From Alphaproteobacteria bacterium (GTDB lineage Bacteria > Pseudomonadota > Alphaproteobacteria > UBA828): a DNA stretch of 64,000 nt. The stretch spans positions 128,001-192,000 of the forward strand of contig CBDCCI010000002.1 in NCBI GenBank assembly GCA_965214705.1. Reading direction: 5' to 3'. The stretch's first letter is position 1, and every line of letters starts with the position of its first letter. Both the position numbers and the translations under genes were made by a program. The notes beneath the pieces are model-generated. The model was not told the DNA's origin. It did no database searches and saw only the letters and a program-made list of their open reading frames with translations. This document shows positions 9,866 through 20,233 of this stretch, piece by piece.

Positions 9866-11345
9866 CGACTTCGGAAAGGTCGTTCGCCGGCTCCGGTACT
9901 CGTTCGCTGGTCGGCTGTGCGGGCGCTGCAAGCGCCGCGTCCTCGGCCACTGCGAGCGGCTGCAGGTAAACGGTGAACGTGCTGCCTTCGCCGGGAGTGC
10001 TGTCGATGGTGAGCGCGCCGCGGTGCCTGTTCACGATGTGCTTGACAATGGCAAGCCCCAGACCAGTGCCGCCGAGCTCGCGCGAGCGCGCCTTGTCCAC
10101 GCGGTAGAAGCGCTCCGTGAGCCGCGGCAGATGCTCACGCGGAATGCCCGCTCCCCGGTCGGCGACGGAGACCACAACCGCGCCGTCCTTGCCGGCCCGC
10201 CAGCCGGCCGCCTCGGCTTCTGCAACCCGCCGCACCGCTACGCTGACGGTCCCCTCGGCGTCTCCATACTTGATCGCGTTGTCCACCAAGTTGAGAAACA
10301 CTTGGGTCAGTTCGTCGCCGTCGCCGATTACCGGGGGCAACTCCTCTTCGGCATCGATGGCCACGGTTACCCTGCGTTGCTCTGCGCGCCACGCGAGCGT
10401 GTTGCGCACATGGGAGAGCAGCGAGGGGAGCGGCACTGTATCCGTCGGCGGCGTGTGCTCGTTCATCTCGATGCGCGAGAGCGAGAGCAGGTCTTCGACG
10501 AGGCGGGCCATGCGCTTGCCGTGCTGGTCCATGATGGCGAGGAAGCGCTCGCGCGCCGCCGCATCGTCGCGAGCAGTTCCCTGCAGCGTCTCGATGAAAC
10601 CCATGAGCGTGGCGAGGGGTGTGCGAATCTCGTGGCTCGCGTTGGCGACGAAGTCGGCCCGCATCTGATCGGTGCGGCGCACGGCCGTGAAGTCGACGAG
10701 CGCGAGCAGCACAGCGGCGCCGCCCTCTCTCGGCTCGGGCAGCGGTTCGACCCGCGCCGCGAAGGTGCGTTCCACCGGCGCCTGCAGCGTGAACTCGATG
10801 TCGCACCCGTCGCCGCCGTCCAGGGTTCGCTCGACGGCCTCAATCAGCGCCGGATTGCGCAGGGAGGCCGCGATGTGGCGCCCGGCGACCTCGCCATCGA
10901 GGAGCTCCGTTGCCGCCCGATTCGCGCGCACGATCTTGCGGTCGGCATCCAGCAGTAGGAGCGGTTCGGGCAAGGCATCGAGCGCGCGTTCGAGCTCGGC
11001 TCTCTCACTCGCCAGTTGCGCCCGGCTCTCGGCACCGATCCGGGCCAAGCGATCGATCGTTGCCGCCAGCTCGCGGGTAAGCACCCCTGCCGGCGCCGGG
11101 CCTTGGCGTGCCTCGCCCTCGTTCTCGGTTGAGGCCTCCACGTGGCGCGCGAGGGCGCCGACGTCCGCGAGCATCAGGCCGGCCACGGCTGCCGCGAGCA
11201 GGCTGAGGCTGGCCCAGGCCAGCACCGCCGCAATGGGCGGCGTGAGGCCAAGTGCGCCGAGCACCAGGAATGCGAGCGCGAGCGGCAGCGACGCCGCAAG
11301 GCTCAGGCGCGCCCACCGGCGCAGCGGAACAACGCGCGCCGCCAT
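9849..11345 (-). CDS. phoR: Phosphate sensor histidine kinase PhoR
   Basis: Two TM segments, PAS, DFVANASHEIRTPL, NLVDNAIKY, RLTERFYRVD, GTGLGLAIVKH; start taken at MAARV. Confidence 0.93.
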   Translation of the reverse strand: MAARVVPLRRWARLSLAASLPLALAFLVLGALGLTPPIAAVLAWASLSLLAAAVAGLMLADVGALARHVEASTENEGEARQGPAPAGVLTRELAATIDRLARIGAESRAQLASERAELERALDALPEPLLLLDADRKIVRANRAATELLDGEVAGRHIAASLRNPALIEAVERTLDGGDGCDIEFTLQAPVERTFAARVEPLPEPREGGAAVLLALVDFTAVRRTDQMRADFVANASHEIRTPLATLMGFIETLQGTARDDAAARERFLAIMDQHGKRMARLVEDLLSLSRIEMNEHTPPTDTVPLPSLLSHVRNTLAWRAEQRRVTVAIDAEEELPPVIGDGDELTQVFLNLVDNAIKYGDAEGTVSVAVRRVAEAEAAGWRAGKDGAVVVSVADRGAGIPREHLPRLTERFYRVDKARSRELGGTGLGLAIVKHIVNRHRGALTIDSTPGEGSTFTVYLQPLAVAEDAALAAPAQPTSERVPEPANDLSEVAVTKS

Positions 11346-11411
11346 CGATCGGCTCTCCTCCGCAGCGGGGTTCCGGGCTTTCGAGTCTACCAGAGCCACT
11401 CGACCGTGAGC

Positions 11412-11429
11412 GTGACGAATATAAGACAA
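11412..11429 (-). promoter_or_regulatory. Pho box upstream of phoR
   Basis: Minus strand TTGTCTT-ATAT-TCGTCAC. Confidence 0.6.
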
Positions 11430-11496
11430 TCAGGGGTCGGCGGCGCCGGCATCAGGCGCACGGAACCCCGGCAATCGCTTGTGCTAGTGTCGCGCC

Positions 11497-14226
11497 ATGC
11501 CCGATGACGCCGAGGCGCAAGCGACCGCCGCGCCGGCCGCCGCCCGTGGCGCCCGCCGGGGCCGGCCACGCGCGCGGCGCGTCGAGCCGGTGACGCCGAT
11601 GATGGCGCAGTACCTCGAAATCAAGGGCGCCCACCCGGATCACCTCCTGTTCTACCGGATGGGAGACTTCTACGAGCTCTTTTTCGACGACGCGCGCCAA
11701 GCTTCGGAGGCACTTGACATCGCGCTGACCAAGCGAGGCCTCCACCAGGGGCAGGAGATCCCGATGTGTGGTGTGCCCGTGGTGAGTGCCGAGGGCTACC
11801 TCCAGCGGCTGATCCGCAAGGGCTTCAGGGTCGCCGTCTGCGAGCAGGTCGAGGACCCGGCAGAAGCCCGCAAGCGGGGCGCGAAGGCCGTCGTGCGCCG
11901 CGAGGTCATCCGCTTGGTGACACCAGGAACGCTGAGCGAGGACGCGCTTCTGGATGCGCGCGCGGCCAACTATCTCGCGGCGCTCGCCCAGGCCGAAGGT
12001 GCCCTGGCGCTCGCGTGGGCTGAGATGTCCACCGGCGAGTTCGCGGTGATGGGGGTCTCAGAGGCCTCGCTGCCCGCGGCGCTCGCGCGCCTTGAGCCCG
12101 GCGAACTCCTGGTGCCCGAGCCGCTGCTCGAGGCGCCGGCGCTCTTCGAGCTCTTCGCCGAGTGGAGGGAGGCCCTGACGCCCCAGCCGCGCTCGCTCTT
12201 TGATAGCGTCGGCGCCGGGCGGTCGCTTGCCGCGTTCTATGGCATCGCCTCCCTCGATGGTCTTGGCTCCTTCGGACGCGCGGAGCTTGCCGCCGCCGGC
12301 GCCGTGCTCGGCTATCTGCGGCTCACCCAAAGGAGCCAGATGCCACGGCTCGCGCGGCTTCGCTCGACCGAAACCGGTGCGGCGATGGCGATCGACGCCG
12401 CGACCCGGCGCAACCTGGAGCTCACGGTGACCCTGGATGGGGGTGCCGCCGGCAGCCTGCTCTCGGTGATCGACCGCACTGTCACCGGGGCGGGCGCCCG
12501 GCTGCTCAGGGCGCGGCTTACCGCGCCGCTCACAGAGCCCGCCGCCATCGGCGAGAGGCTCGAATCTGTCGGATTCCTGGTCGAGGCGGAAGGCGCCCAG
12601 AGCGGGCTCAGGGAGCGGCTCCGTCGTTGCCCGGACGTGGAGCGCGCTCTCTCGCGCCTCAGCCTGGGGCGGGGCGGGCCCCGCGACCTCGCTGCGGTGC
12701 GCGATGCGCTCGGCCAGATACCGGCAATTCGGGATGCCCTCGGCACTGAGGCCACCGGTGCTCTGCAGGCGGCACCGCCAGGACTCGCGGCCGATCTCAA
12801 GGCGCTCGGCCATCACCAGAGCCTTGTCGACCGCCTGACCAGTGCCCTGATAGAGAACCCGCCGCCCAGCATCCGGGACGGCGGCGTCATCGCACGTGGC
12901 TACGACGCGGCGCTCGACGAGGTGGTGGAGCTGCGCGACCACAGCCGGCGCCTGATCGGCGGGTTGGAGGCCCGCTACCGCAGCGAGACCGGCGTCAACG
13001 CCCTCAAGGTGCGCCATAACAACGTGCTCGGCTATTACGTCGAGGTGCCGCAACAGCGGGCCGACGCGCTGCCCGAGGCTTTCATCCACCGCCAGACCCT
13101 TGCGAGCGCCATGCGCTATACGACCGTGGAGCTCGGCGAGCTGGAGGCAAAGATCAACGGCGCGGCCGACAAGGCGCTCGCCTTGGAGCAAGCCCACTTT
13201 GAGGATCTCCGCGCCGACGTGGTCCGCCGAGCGGAAGACATCGCAAGGGCCGCAGGTGCCTTGGCTGCGCTCGACGTGGCCCAGGGGCTGGCGCAGCTTG
13301 CCGTCGAGCGCCGCTACACCCGGCCCACTGTCGACGACACGACCGCCTTCGAGATCAAGGGCGGGCGGCACCCGGTGGTGGAAGCCATGGGCGCGGGCGG
13401 GGACACGCCCTTCGTCCCCAACGATTGCGACCTGGGCGAGGAAGCCCGGATTTGGCTGGTGACTGGTCCCAACATGGCCGGCAAGAGCACCTTCCTGCGC
13501 CAGAACGCGCTGATCGCGGTGCTGGCCCAGATGGGATCGTTTGTGCCCGCCGAGGAGGCCCGCATCGGCGTGGTGGACCGGCTCTTCTCCCGCGTGGGCG
13601 CGGCGGACGATCTCGCGCGCGGGCGCTCCACCTTCATGGTGGAGATGGTGGAGACCGCCGCCATCCTCAACCAAGCCGGCGAGCGGGCGCTGGTGATCCT
13701 CGACGAGATCGGGCGCGGCACCGCCACCTACGACGGGCTCTCCATCGCCTGGGCCGCGGTCGAACATCTGCACGACACCAACCGCTGCCGCGCGCTCTTC
13801 GCGACCCACTACCACGAACTCACCGCGCTCGCCCAGAAGCTCGACCGGCTTGCCTGCCACACCATGCGGATCAAGGAGTGGCAGGGGAGCGTCGTGTTCC
13901 TGCATGAGGTGGCACCGGGTGCCGCGGATCGCTCCTACGGCATCCATGTGGCGCGCCTGGCGGGGCTGCCCGAGGCGGTGCTGGCCCGCGCGGAGGCGGT
14001 GCTGGCAGTGCTGGAGCAGGGCGAGAAGGCCACCGCTGCAGCCAGGCTCGCGAACGACCTGCCGCTCTTCCAGGCGCGGCTGGCGCCGGCACCGGCCGAA
14101 CCCGCGCCCGATCCGCTGCGCACGCGCCTCGCCGCCATCAACCCCGACGACCTCACGCCGCGGGATGCGCTGGAGCTCATCTACGCGCTCCATGTCGAGC
14201 TCGACGGCGATGAGAGCCCGGACTGA
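11497..14226 (+). CDS. mutS: DNA mismatch repair protein MutS
   Basis: [42 protein letters not shown]. Confidence 0.98.
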   Translation: MPDDAEAQATAAPAAARGARRGRPRARRVEPVTPMMAQYLEIKGAHPDHLLFYRMGDFYELFFDDARQASEALDIALTKRGLHQGQEIPMCGVPVVSAEGYLQRLIRKGFRVAVCEQVEDPAEARKRGAKAVVRREVIRLVTPGTLSEDALLDARAANYLAALAQAEGALALAWAEMSTGEFAVMGVSEASLPAALARLEPGELLVPEPLLEAPALFELFAEWREALTPQPRSLFDSVGAGRSLAAFYGIASLDGLGSFGRAELAAAGAVLGYLRLTQRSQMPRLARLRSTETGAAMAIDAATRRNLELTVTLDGGAAGSLLSVIDRTVTGAGARLLRARLTAPLTEPAAIGERLESVGFLVEAEGAQSGLRERLRRCPDVERALSRLSLGRGGPRDLAAVRDALGQIPAIRDALGTEATGALQAAPPGLAADLKALGHHQSLVDRLTSALIENPPPSIRDGGVIARGYDAALDEVVELRDHSRRLIGGLEARYRSETGVNALKVRHNNVLGYYVEVPQQRADALPEAFIHRQTLASAMRYTTVELGELEAKINGAADKALALEQAHFEDLRADVVRRAEDIARAAGALAALDVAQGLAQLAVERRYTRPTVDDTTAFEIKGGRHPVVEAMGAGGDTPFVPNDCDLGEEARIWLVTGPNMAGKSTFLRQNALIAVLAQMGSFVPAEEARIGVVDRLFSRVGAADDLARGRSTFMVEMVETAAILNQAGERALVILDEIGRGTATYDGLSIAWAAVEHLHDTNRCRALFATHYHELTALAQKLDRLACHTMRIKEWQGSVVFLHEVAPGAADRSYGIHVARLAGLPEAVLARAEAVLAVLEQGEKATAAARLANDLPLFQARLAPAPAEPAPDPLRTRLAAINPDDLTPRDALELIYALHVELDGDESPD

Positions 14227-14287
14227 CCTGCGGACGCACGCCGGTATAGGATTGGGCTGGATGCTTGGCTATCAGGTTTAGGGAGCG

Positions 14288-15157
14288 ATGAAGCCGCCGC
14301 CGTTTGCCTACGAATGCCCGACCGCGGTGGCAGACGCCGTCGCCCTGCTGGCCCAGCACGGGGCGGACGCGCGGCCGCTCGCCGGCGGGCAAAGCCTGGT
14401 GCCGCTGCTCAACTTCCGCTTAGCGCGGCCCGCCGTTCTGGTCGACCTCAACCGCATCGCGGCGCTCGGCGGTATCGCGGTCGAGGATGGAACGCTCCGC
14501 ATCGGGGCTATGGCGCGGCAGGCGGCGGTCGAGGCCGATGACCGCGTGGCGCGCGGCTGGCCGCTGCTGACCGAGGCCATCGGCCACATCGCCCATCCTC
14601 AGATCCGCAACCGCGGCACCATCGGCGGCAGCCTCGCCCACAACGATCCAGCGGCGGAGCTGCCGGCGGTGACGCTTGCGCTCGACGCCGAAATGAGTGC
14701 TGAGGGCCCGAAGGGGAAACGCACCTTGCAGGCCGCAGATTTCTTCGCGGGTACGATGGAGACGGCGCTCGCGCCGGACGAGCTGCTGACCGAGATCAGG
14801 GTTCCGGCGCTCCCCGAGGGCACCGGCTGGAGCTTCCAGGAAGTCGCGCGCCGCCAGGGCGACTTCGCGCTCGTGGCGGTCGCGGTGCTGCTGCGGCCCT
14901 CCGGCAGCGCCGGCGGCATCGATGCCCGCGTCGTGGTCACAGGGACCGGCGAGGGGCCGATGCGTATGCGCGAAGCGGAGGCGATCCTGGCCGAGCGGGG
15001 CTCGGACTGCGATGCCTGCGAGGCGGCGGGCAACGCGGTGGCCCAAGCCTCCGAACCGGCGGACGACCCCCATGCGCCAGCCTGGTATCGCCAGAAGCTC
15101 GTCGCGGCGCTCACCCGCCGCTCCTGCCGCGAGGCGGCCACGAGGATGGGGCGCTGA
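14288..15157 (+). CDS. Xanthine dehydrogenase/CoxM-like FAD-binding subunit
   Basis: MKPPPFAY, AGGQSL, QIRNRGTIGGS. Confidence 0.92.
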   Translation: MKPPPFAYECPTAVADAVALLAQHGADARPLAGGQSLVPLLNFRLARPAVLVDLNRIAALGGIAVEDGTLRIGAMARQAAVEADDRVARGWPLLTEAIGHIAHPQIRNRGTIGGSLAHNDPAAELPAVTLALDAEMSAEGPKGKRTLQAADFFAGTMETALAPDELLTEIRVPALPEGTGWSFQEVARRQGDFALVAVAVLLRPSGSAGGIDARVVVTGTGEGPMRMREAEAILAERGSDCDACEAAGNAVAQASEPADDPHAPAWYRQKLVAALTRRSCREAATRMGR

Positions 15158-15646
15158 ATGGCGGACCACGGCCACACAGTACGCGTCACCATCAACGGCG
15201 AGGCCCACGAGGGCCACGTCGAGCCGAGACTCCTGCTCTCGGACTTCATCCGGCACGAGGCGGGGCTTACCGGCACCCACGTGGGCTGCGAGCACGGCGT
15301 CTGCGGCGCCTGCACCGTACTGTTCGACGGCGCGCCGGTGCGTTCCTGCCTGATGTTTGCGGTGCAGGCGGACGGCGCCTCGGTCGAGACGGTCGAATCG
15401 CTCGCGGACGGCGAGACACTGCATCCTCTGCAGGAGGCCTTCCGCCGCGAGCACGGATTGCAATGCGGCTATTGCACCCCCGGCATCCTGATGACCCTGA
15501 AGCCCTTCCTCGCGGTCAATCCTGTGCCGAGCGATACCGAGATCAGGCGAGCGCTCTCGGGCAACCTCTGCCGCTGCACCGGCTACCAGCAGATCGTGGC
15601 GGCGGTGCGCCGGGCCGCAGCGACGCTGCGGGGCGAGGAGCCATGA
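15158..15646 (+). CDS. CoxS-like 2x[2Fe-2S] subunit
   Basis: GCEHGVCGAC, QCGYCTPG, NLCRCTGY. Confidence 0.95.
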   Translation: MADHGHTVRVTINGEAHEGHVEPRLLLSDFIRHEAGLTGTHVGCEHGVCGACTVLFDGAPVRSCLMFAVQADGASVETVESLADGETLHPLQEAFRREHGLQCGYCTPGILMTLKPFLAVNPVPSDTEIRRALSGNLCRCTGYQQIVAAVRRAAATLRGEEP

Positions 15647-17967
15647 CCACGCGATTGATCGGCGAGCGGGTCGAGCGGCGCGAGGATGCGCGGCTCCTTA
15701 CCGGGCGCGCGCGCTTCATCGACGACATTCACCTGCCGGAGATGCTGCACGCCGCGGTGCTGCGCAGCCCCCACGCCAAGGCGCGGTTCACGCGCATCGA
15801 TGCCAGCGCGGCGCTCGCGCTCCCCGGCGTCCACGCGGTCATCACCCATGAGGACCTGGGCGCCGCCAACACGCCGATGCCGCTGCTCAACGAGGACCCC
15901 GGCTTCATCTATCCGCGCACCCATCGAGCGCTCGCGCCGGGCCAGGTCCGCTTCGTCGGCGAGGCGGTGGCGCTTGTGGTGGCGGACAGCCGCTACCTCG
16001 CTGAAGACGCGCTCGACCTGATCGAGGTCGACTATGTGCCCGAGCAAGCAGCGGTGGACCTCGTGGCGGCGGCGGAGCCGGGTGCGCCGCTGGTCCACGA
16101 TGACACCGATTCCAACGTCGCCTGCCGCACCGCCGACAACACCGGTGATATCGAGAGCGCCTTCGCCGCCGCCGACTTCGTGCTGCGGGAGGAGCTGCGA
16201 CCCGAGCGGGGCGCCGCCCAGCCGATGGAGACCCGGGGCGTCGTCGCCCGCTACGACGCGAGCCTCGAGCAGATCACGATCTGGGACACGACCCAGGCGC
16301 CGGTCAGCGCGCGCGGCATCATTGCCGACAAGCTCGGCATGGCGGAAGCCGCGATCACCGTGATCGCGCCCGACGTGGGCGGCGGCTTCGGCGTCAAAAT
16401 TTATCTGGTTTACCCGGAAGAGGTGCTGGTCCCCTTCGCCGCGCGCCTGCTCGGCCGGCCGGTCAAGTGGATCGAGGACCGCCGCGAGCACTTCATCGGC
16501 TCCAACCACGAGCGGCTGATGGTGCACCGGATCGAGGTGGCGGCGACCAAGGACGGGCGCATCCTCGGAATCAAGGACCGCTTCCTCTACGACAGTGGTG
16601 CCTACTGCCCCTACGGCCCCATCAACGCTCAGTGCGCCCAGGCCATCCTGCCGGGGCCTTACAAAGTCCCGGCGGTGCACTCGACCTACGAGGCCGTCTA
16701 CACCAACACGCCGACCGTGAGCCCCTATCGCGGCGCCGGCCAGCCCCACGGCAACTTCGTCACGGAAGCGGCCATGAACCACGTGGCCCGTGCGCTGGGG
16801 CTCGATGCGGCCGAGATCAGGCGGCGCAATCTGGTGCGGCCCGAGGACTGTCCCTGGGATTCAGGCCGCATCTTCCAGGGCAACACCCCGTTCATCCACC
16901 GGGACAGCGACTATCCCGCACAACTCACGAAGGCGCTCGACGCGCTCGACTACGCGGGCATCAAGCGCACTCAGCCGGCGGAGCGCGAGCAAGGGATCTT
17001 CCGGGGCGCCGGCATCGCCTTCTTCGTCGAAGGCACCGGCATCTCGCCCTATGAGGGGGTCGAGGTGCGCGTGGAGCCCACCGGCCACGTGCACGTGACG
17101 ACCGGCTATCCCTCGCAAGGGCAGGGCCATCACACCACGCTTTCGCAGATCGTGGCGGAGACCCTCGCCGTCCCGCCCGAGCAAGTGGTGGTGGAGAGCG
17201 GGCGCAGCGACCGCTTCGCCTGGGGCGTTGGCACCTTTGCCAGCCGCGCGGCCGTGGTGGGCGGCAGCGCAGCGCTCGGCGCGGCAAAGACGGTGCGCGC
17301 CAAGGCGCTCGACCTTGCCTCCGACGAGCTGGAGGTGGCGCCCGAGGACCTGGTGCTGGCGGACGGCGCCGTACACGTCAAAGGCGCGCCGCAGATGGCG
17401 ATCACCCTTGGCGCTCTCGCGCACGCGGCCAATCCCATCAATACGCTCGCATCGGGCGCCGAGCCGGGCCTCCGAGCCGCCGACTACTACCGCTCCCCCG
17501 ATGGTGCGATTGCGAGCGGTGTCCACGGCGTGGTCGTGATCGTGGACATCGCCACCGGCATGGTCGAGATCGAGACATACGTCGTGGTCCACGACTGCGG
17601 CGTGATGATCAACCCCACCATCGTCGAGGGACAGATACTGGGCGGCACGGCCCAGGGGATCGGCGGCGCCTTCTACGAGAAGCTCAGGTTCGACGAGGAC
17701 GGCCAGCCGCTGGTAACGACCTTCATGGACTACCTGATCCCGACGGCCATGGAGATTCCGTCGATCGAGATCCATCACATGGAGAGCCGCTGCAGCCTCA
17801 ATCCTCTCGGCGTCAAAGGGGTGGGAGAGGGCGGCGCGATCCCTGCGGCCGCGGCCTTCGCCGGCGCTGTGGAAGATGCACTGGAGCCCTTCGGCGCCAC
17901 CGTCCGCGCCGTCCCCCTCGATCCGCCCGCCATCCTCGCCCTGATCCAGGGGCGTGCAGAGGCCTGA
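15643..17967 (+). CDS. CoxL-like molybdopterin-binding subunit (xanthine dehydrogenase family; not form I CO dehydrogenase)
   Basis: GGGFGVK, QGQGH, KGVGEG; active-site loop PYRGAGQP rather than AYxCSFR; ATGA overlap with the small subunit. Confidence 0.9.
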   Translation: MTTRLIGERVERREDARLLTGRARFIDDIHLPEMLHAAVLRSPHAKARFTRIDASAALALPGVHAVITHEDLGAANTPMPLLNEDPGFIYPRTHRALAPGQVRFVGEAVALVVADSRYLAEDALDLIEVDYVPEQAAVDLVAAAEPGAPLVHDDTDSNVACRTADNTGDIESAFAAADFVLREELRPERGAAQPMETRGVVARYDASLEQITIWDTTQAPVSARGIIADKLGMAEAAITVIAPDVGGGFGVKIYLVYPEEVLVPFAARLLGRPVKWIEDRREHFIGSNHERLMVHRIEVAATKDGRILGIKDRFLYDSGAYCPYGPINAQCAQAILPGPYKVPAVHSTYEAVYTNTPTVSPYRGAGQPHGNFVTEAAMNHVARALGLDAAEIRRRNLVRPEDCPWDSGRIFQGNTPFIHRDSDYPAQLTKALDALDYAGIKRTQPAEREQGIFRGAGIAFFVEGTGISPYEGVEVRVEPTGHVHVTTGYPSQGQGHHTTLSQIVAETLAVPPEQVVVESGRSDRFAWGVGTFASRAAVVGGSAALGAAKTVRAKALDLASDELEVAPEDLVLADGAVHVKGAPQMAITLGALAHAANPINTLASGAEPGLRAADYYRSPDGAIASGVHGVVVIVDIATGMVEIETYVVVHDCGVMINPTIVEGQILGGTAQGIGGAFYEKLRFDEDGQPLVTTFMDYLIPTAMEIPSIEIHHMESRCSLNPLGVKGVGEGGAIPAAAAFAGAVEDALEPFGATVRAVPLDPPAILALIQGRAEA

Positions 17968-17999
17968 CACATCAGGCACCAGGCGGCAGACCGACTATG

Positions 18000-18062
18000 C
18001 AACTTGAGAGGAACCGGGCCGCGAAGCGGGCCGGAGCGAGCGCCCGGCGACTGAGGGATATG
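18000..18062. repeat. Dispersed GC-rich intergenic repeat (copy A)
   Basis: 18032-18062 matches 48032-48062 at 29/31 (CGGAGCGAGCGCCCGGCG..TGAGGGATATG). Confidence 0.6.
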
Positions 18063-18162
18063 AAAGGGTCCACCCGCTTGGCGCAGGCGTGGCGGGCGAC
18101 TATCGTGCGCGGCTTGTCGCGACAGCGCGGGGCAACGCCGTGACCGAACAACATGAGGCCGC

Positions 18163-20229
18163 ATGACTAGCGCCAGCGAGAGCGCGCGCTACGTGCTCGC
18201 CGTCGATGTCGGCGGCACATTCACCGACGTGATCCGCCACGACACGGAGACAGGCGCGGTCGAGGTCGCGAAGACCGCCTCCACGCCGCCCGACTTCATC
18301 GACGGCATGCTCGCCGGCATCGACGCGGTGGACGCGAAGCCCGCCGACATCAAGCTCATCAAGATCGGCACCACCATCGCCACCAACACGGTGATCATGC
18401 GCACCGGCGCCCGTACCGCGCTGGTGACCACGGCGGGCTTCACCGACGTGCTGCACGCCGCCCGCGCGGCCCGGCCCACGCTCTACGATTCCGACTGGGA
18501 CCCGGCGCCCGCGTTGGTCGACCGCCGCGACACCATGACCGTCGCCCAGCGCACCACTTACGAGGGCGAGGTGCTGGAGCCGCTCGACGAGGCCGGCCTG
18601 CGCGAGACCGCCGCGCGCCTCCGCGAACGCGGGATCGAGGCGGTGGCGGTGAGCTTCCTGCACAGCTACATCAATGACGCGCACGAGCGCCGCGCGCAGG
18701 AGATTCTGGCCGACGAGATGCCCGGCAGCTACGTCTGCCGCTCCTCCGACATCCTGCCTGAGATCCGCGAGTTCGAGCGCACCAGTACAACCGTCGCCAA
18801 CGCCTATCTCGGCCCGGTGCTGGAGCGTTATCTCGCGTCGCTGCTCGCCCGGCTCGAAGGCATCGGCTACGCGGGGTCGGTGCTCATCACCCATTCCGGC
18901 GGCGGCGTCATGTCCATCGAGGCGGCGCGGCGTATCCCCGCACGCATCTGCCAGTCGGGGCCGGCGGCGGGTGTGATGGCGGGCGCCGCCATCGGGCGGC
19001 TCGCCGAGAGGCCCGACGTGGTCGTCCTCGACGTGGGCGGGACCAGCGCCGACGTCTCGCTCTCGCGCCGGGGCCGCCCGCTGATCCGGCCCGAGTGGAA
19101 CATCGAGTTCAACATCGTGATCAGCTTTCCCTCGGTGGATGTCACGGCCATCGGCGCCGGCGGGGGCTCCATCGCCCGTATCGACGAGGGCGGGGTGCTG
19201 AAGGTCGGGCCTGACAGCGCCGGCGCAAGACCCGGCCCGGCCTGCTATGGCCAGGGCGGCACTCAGCCCACCGCGACCGACGCGAACCTCGTGCTCGGCC
19301 GGCTCGGCGCGGAGACCAAACTCGCAGGCCGGGTCGCGCTGCATCCGGCGCTTGCCGAGCAGGCCATCGACCGGATCGCGGAGCCCCTGGGCTATTCGCG
19401 CGCGGAAGCGGCCGCCGGCATTCTCCGTGTCATGCGCGCCAACATGGCGGGGGCGATCCGCCTCATCTCGGTGAAGCGCGGCCACGACCCGCGCGATTTC
19501 GCGCTCGTCGCCTTCGGCGGCGCCGGGCCGCTCTATGCCGTGGAGCTCGCACGCGATCTCGGCATCCCCGAAGTGATCGTGCCGTTCCGCCCCGGTCTCG
19601 GCTCGGCCATGGGCGTGCTCCACGTGGAGGTCAGGCACGACTTCGTGCAGTCGATCTTCGCCACCGACGAGCGCTTCGACACGGGCGAGATCAACGACGC
19701 CTTCGCCGGGCTGGAAGAGCGCGCAATGGCGCGGCTCACGCGGGACGGGGTGGCGGCCGGGGACGTGGTGCTCCGCCGCGAGATCGATGTGCGCTATTAT
19801 GGCCAGGTCTCGGGCGGCCTCACGCTCGCGGTCAAGGCGGGTGCGCTCGACGACGACGACATCCGCGGGCTCTTCCGCGCGTTTCACGAGCGCCACACCG
19901 AGGACTATGGCTACACCTTGCCGGAAGACCTTGCCGAGCTCGAAATCGTCAACGCCCGGGTCGCGGCCGAGGCCCGCGCCACGACCGGCGCGGAGCCGAC
20001 GTTCGGCGCGAACAGCGCCGGCACCCCCGCCCCACGCGGGCGACGGCAACTGTTCGACGAGGCAGAGGGCTGGGTGGAGGCGCCGGTCTACGAGCGTACC
20101 GAGCTCCCGGCCGGGTTCGAGATTCCGGGCCCCGCCATCGTCGAGCAACTGGACAGCACTACGGTGCTCATCCCCGGCTCGCAGGCGCGGGTGGACGAGC
20201 GCTTCAACCTGATCTGCACGAGCGGGTAG
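18163..20229 (+). CDS. Hydantoinase/oxoprolinase subunit A (HyuA-like, ATP-binding)
   Basis: VDVGGTFTD, REFERTSTT, SGPAAG, GAGGGSI, FGGAGPL. Confidence 0.93.
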   Translation: MTSASESARYVLAVDVGGTFTDVIRHDTETGAVEVAKTASTPPDFIDGMLAGIDAVDAKPADIKLIKIGTTIATNTVIMRTGARTALVTTAGFTDVLHAARAARPTLYDSDWDPAPALVDRRDTMTVAQRTTYEGEVLEPLDEAGLRETAARLRERGIEAVAVSFLHSYINDAHERRAQEILADEMPGSYVCRSSDILPEIREFERTSTTVANAYLGPVLERYLASLLARLEGIGYAGSVLITHSGGGVMSIEAARRIPARICQSGPAAGVMAGAAIGRLAERPDVVVLDVGGTSADVSLSRRGRPLIRPEWNIEFNIVISFPSVDVTAIGAGGGSIARIDEGGVLKVGPDSAGARPGPACYGQGGTQPTATDANLVLGRLGAETKLAGRVALHPALAEQAIDRIAEPLGYSRAEAAAGILRVMRANMAGAIRLISVKRGHDPRDFALVAFGGAGPLYAVELARDLGIPEVIVPFRPGLGSAMGVLHVEVRHDFVQSIFATDERFDTGEINDAFAGLEERAMARLTRDGVAAGDVVLRREIDVRYYGQVSGGLTLAVKAGALDDDDIRGLFRAFHERHTEDYGYTLPEDLAELEIVNARVAAEARATTGAEPTFGANSAGTPAPRGRRQLFDEAEGWVEAPVYERTELPAGFEIPGPAIVEQLDSTTVLIPGSQARVDERFNLICTSG

Positions 20230-20233
20230 GACC

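Noticed and set aside
14288-17967. Aerobic CO dehydrogenase
   Set aside because: The large subunit lacks the form I AYxCSFR motif, and no coxDEFG accessory genes are adjacent.
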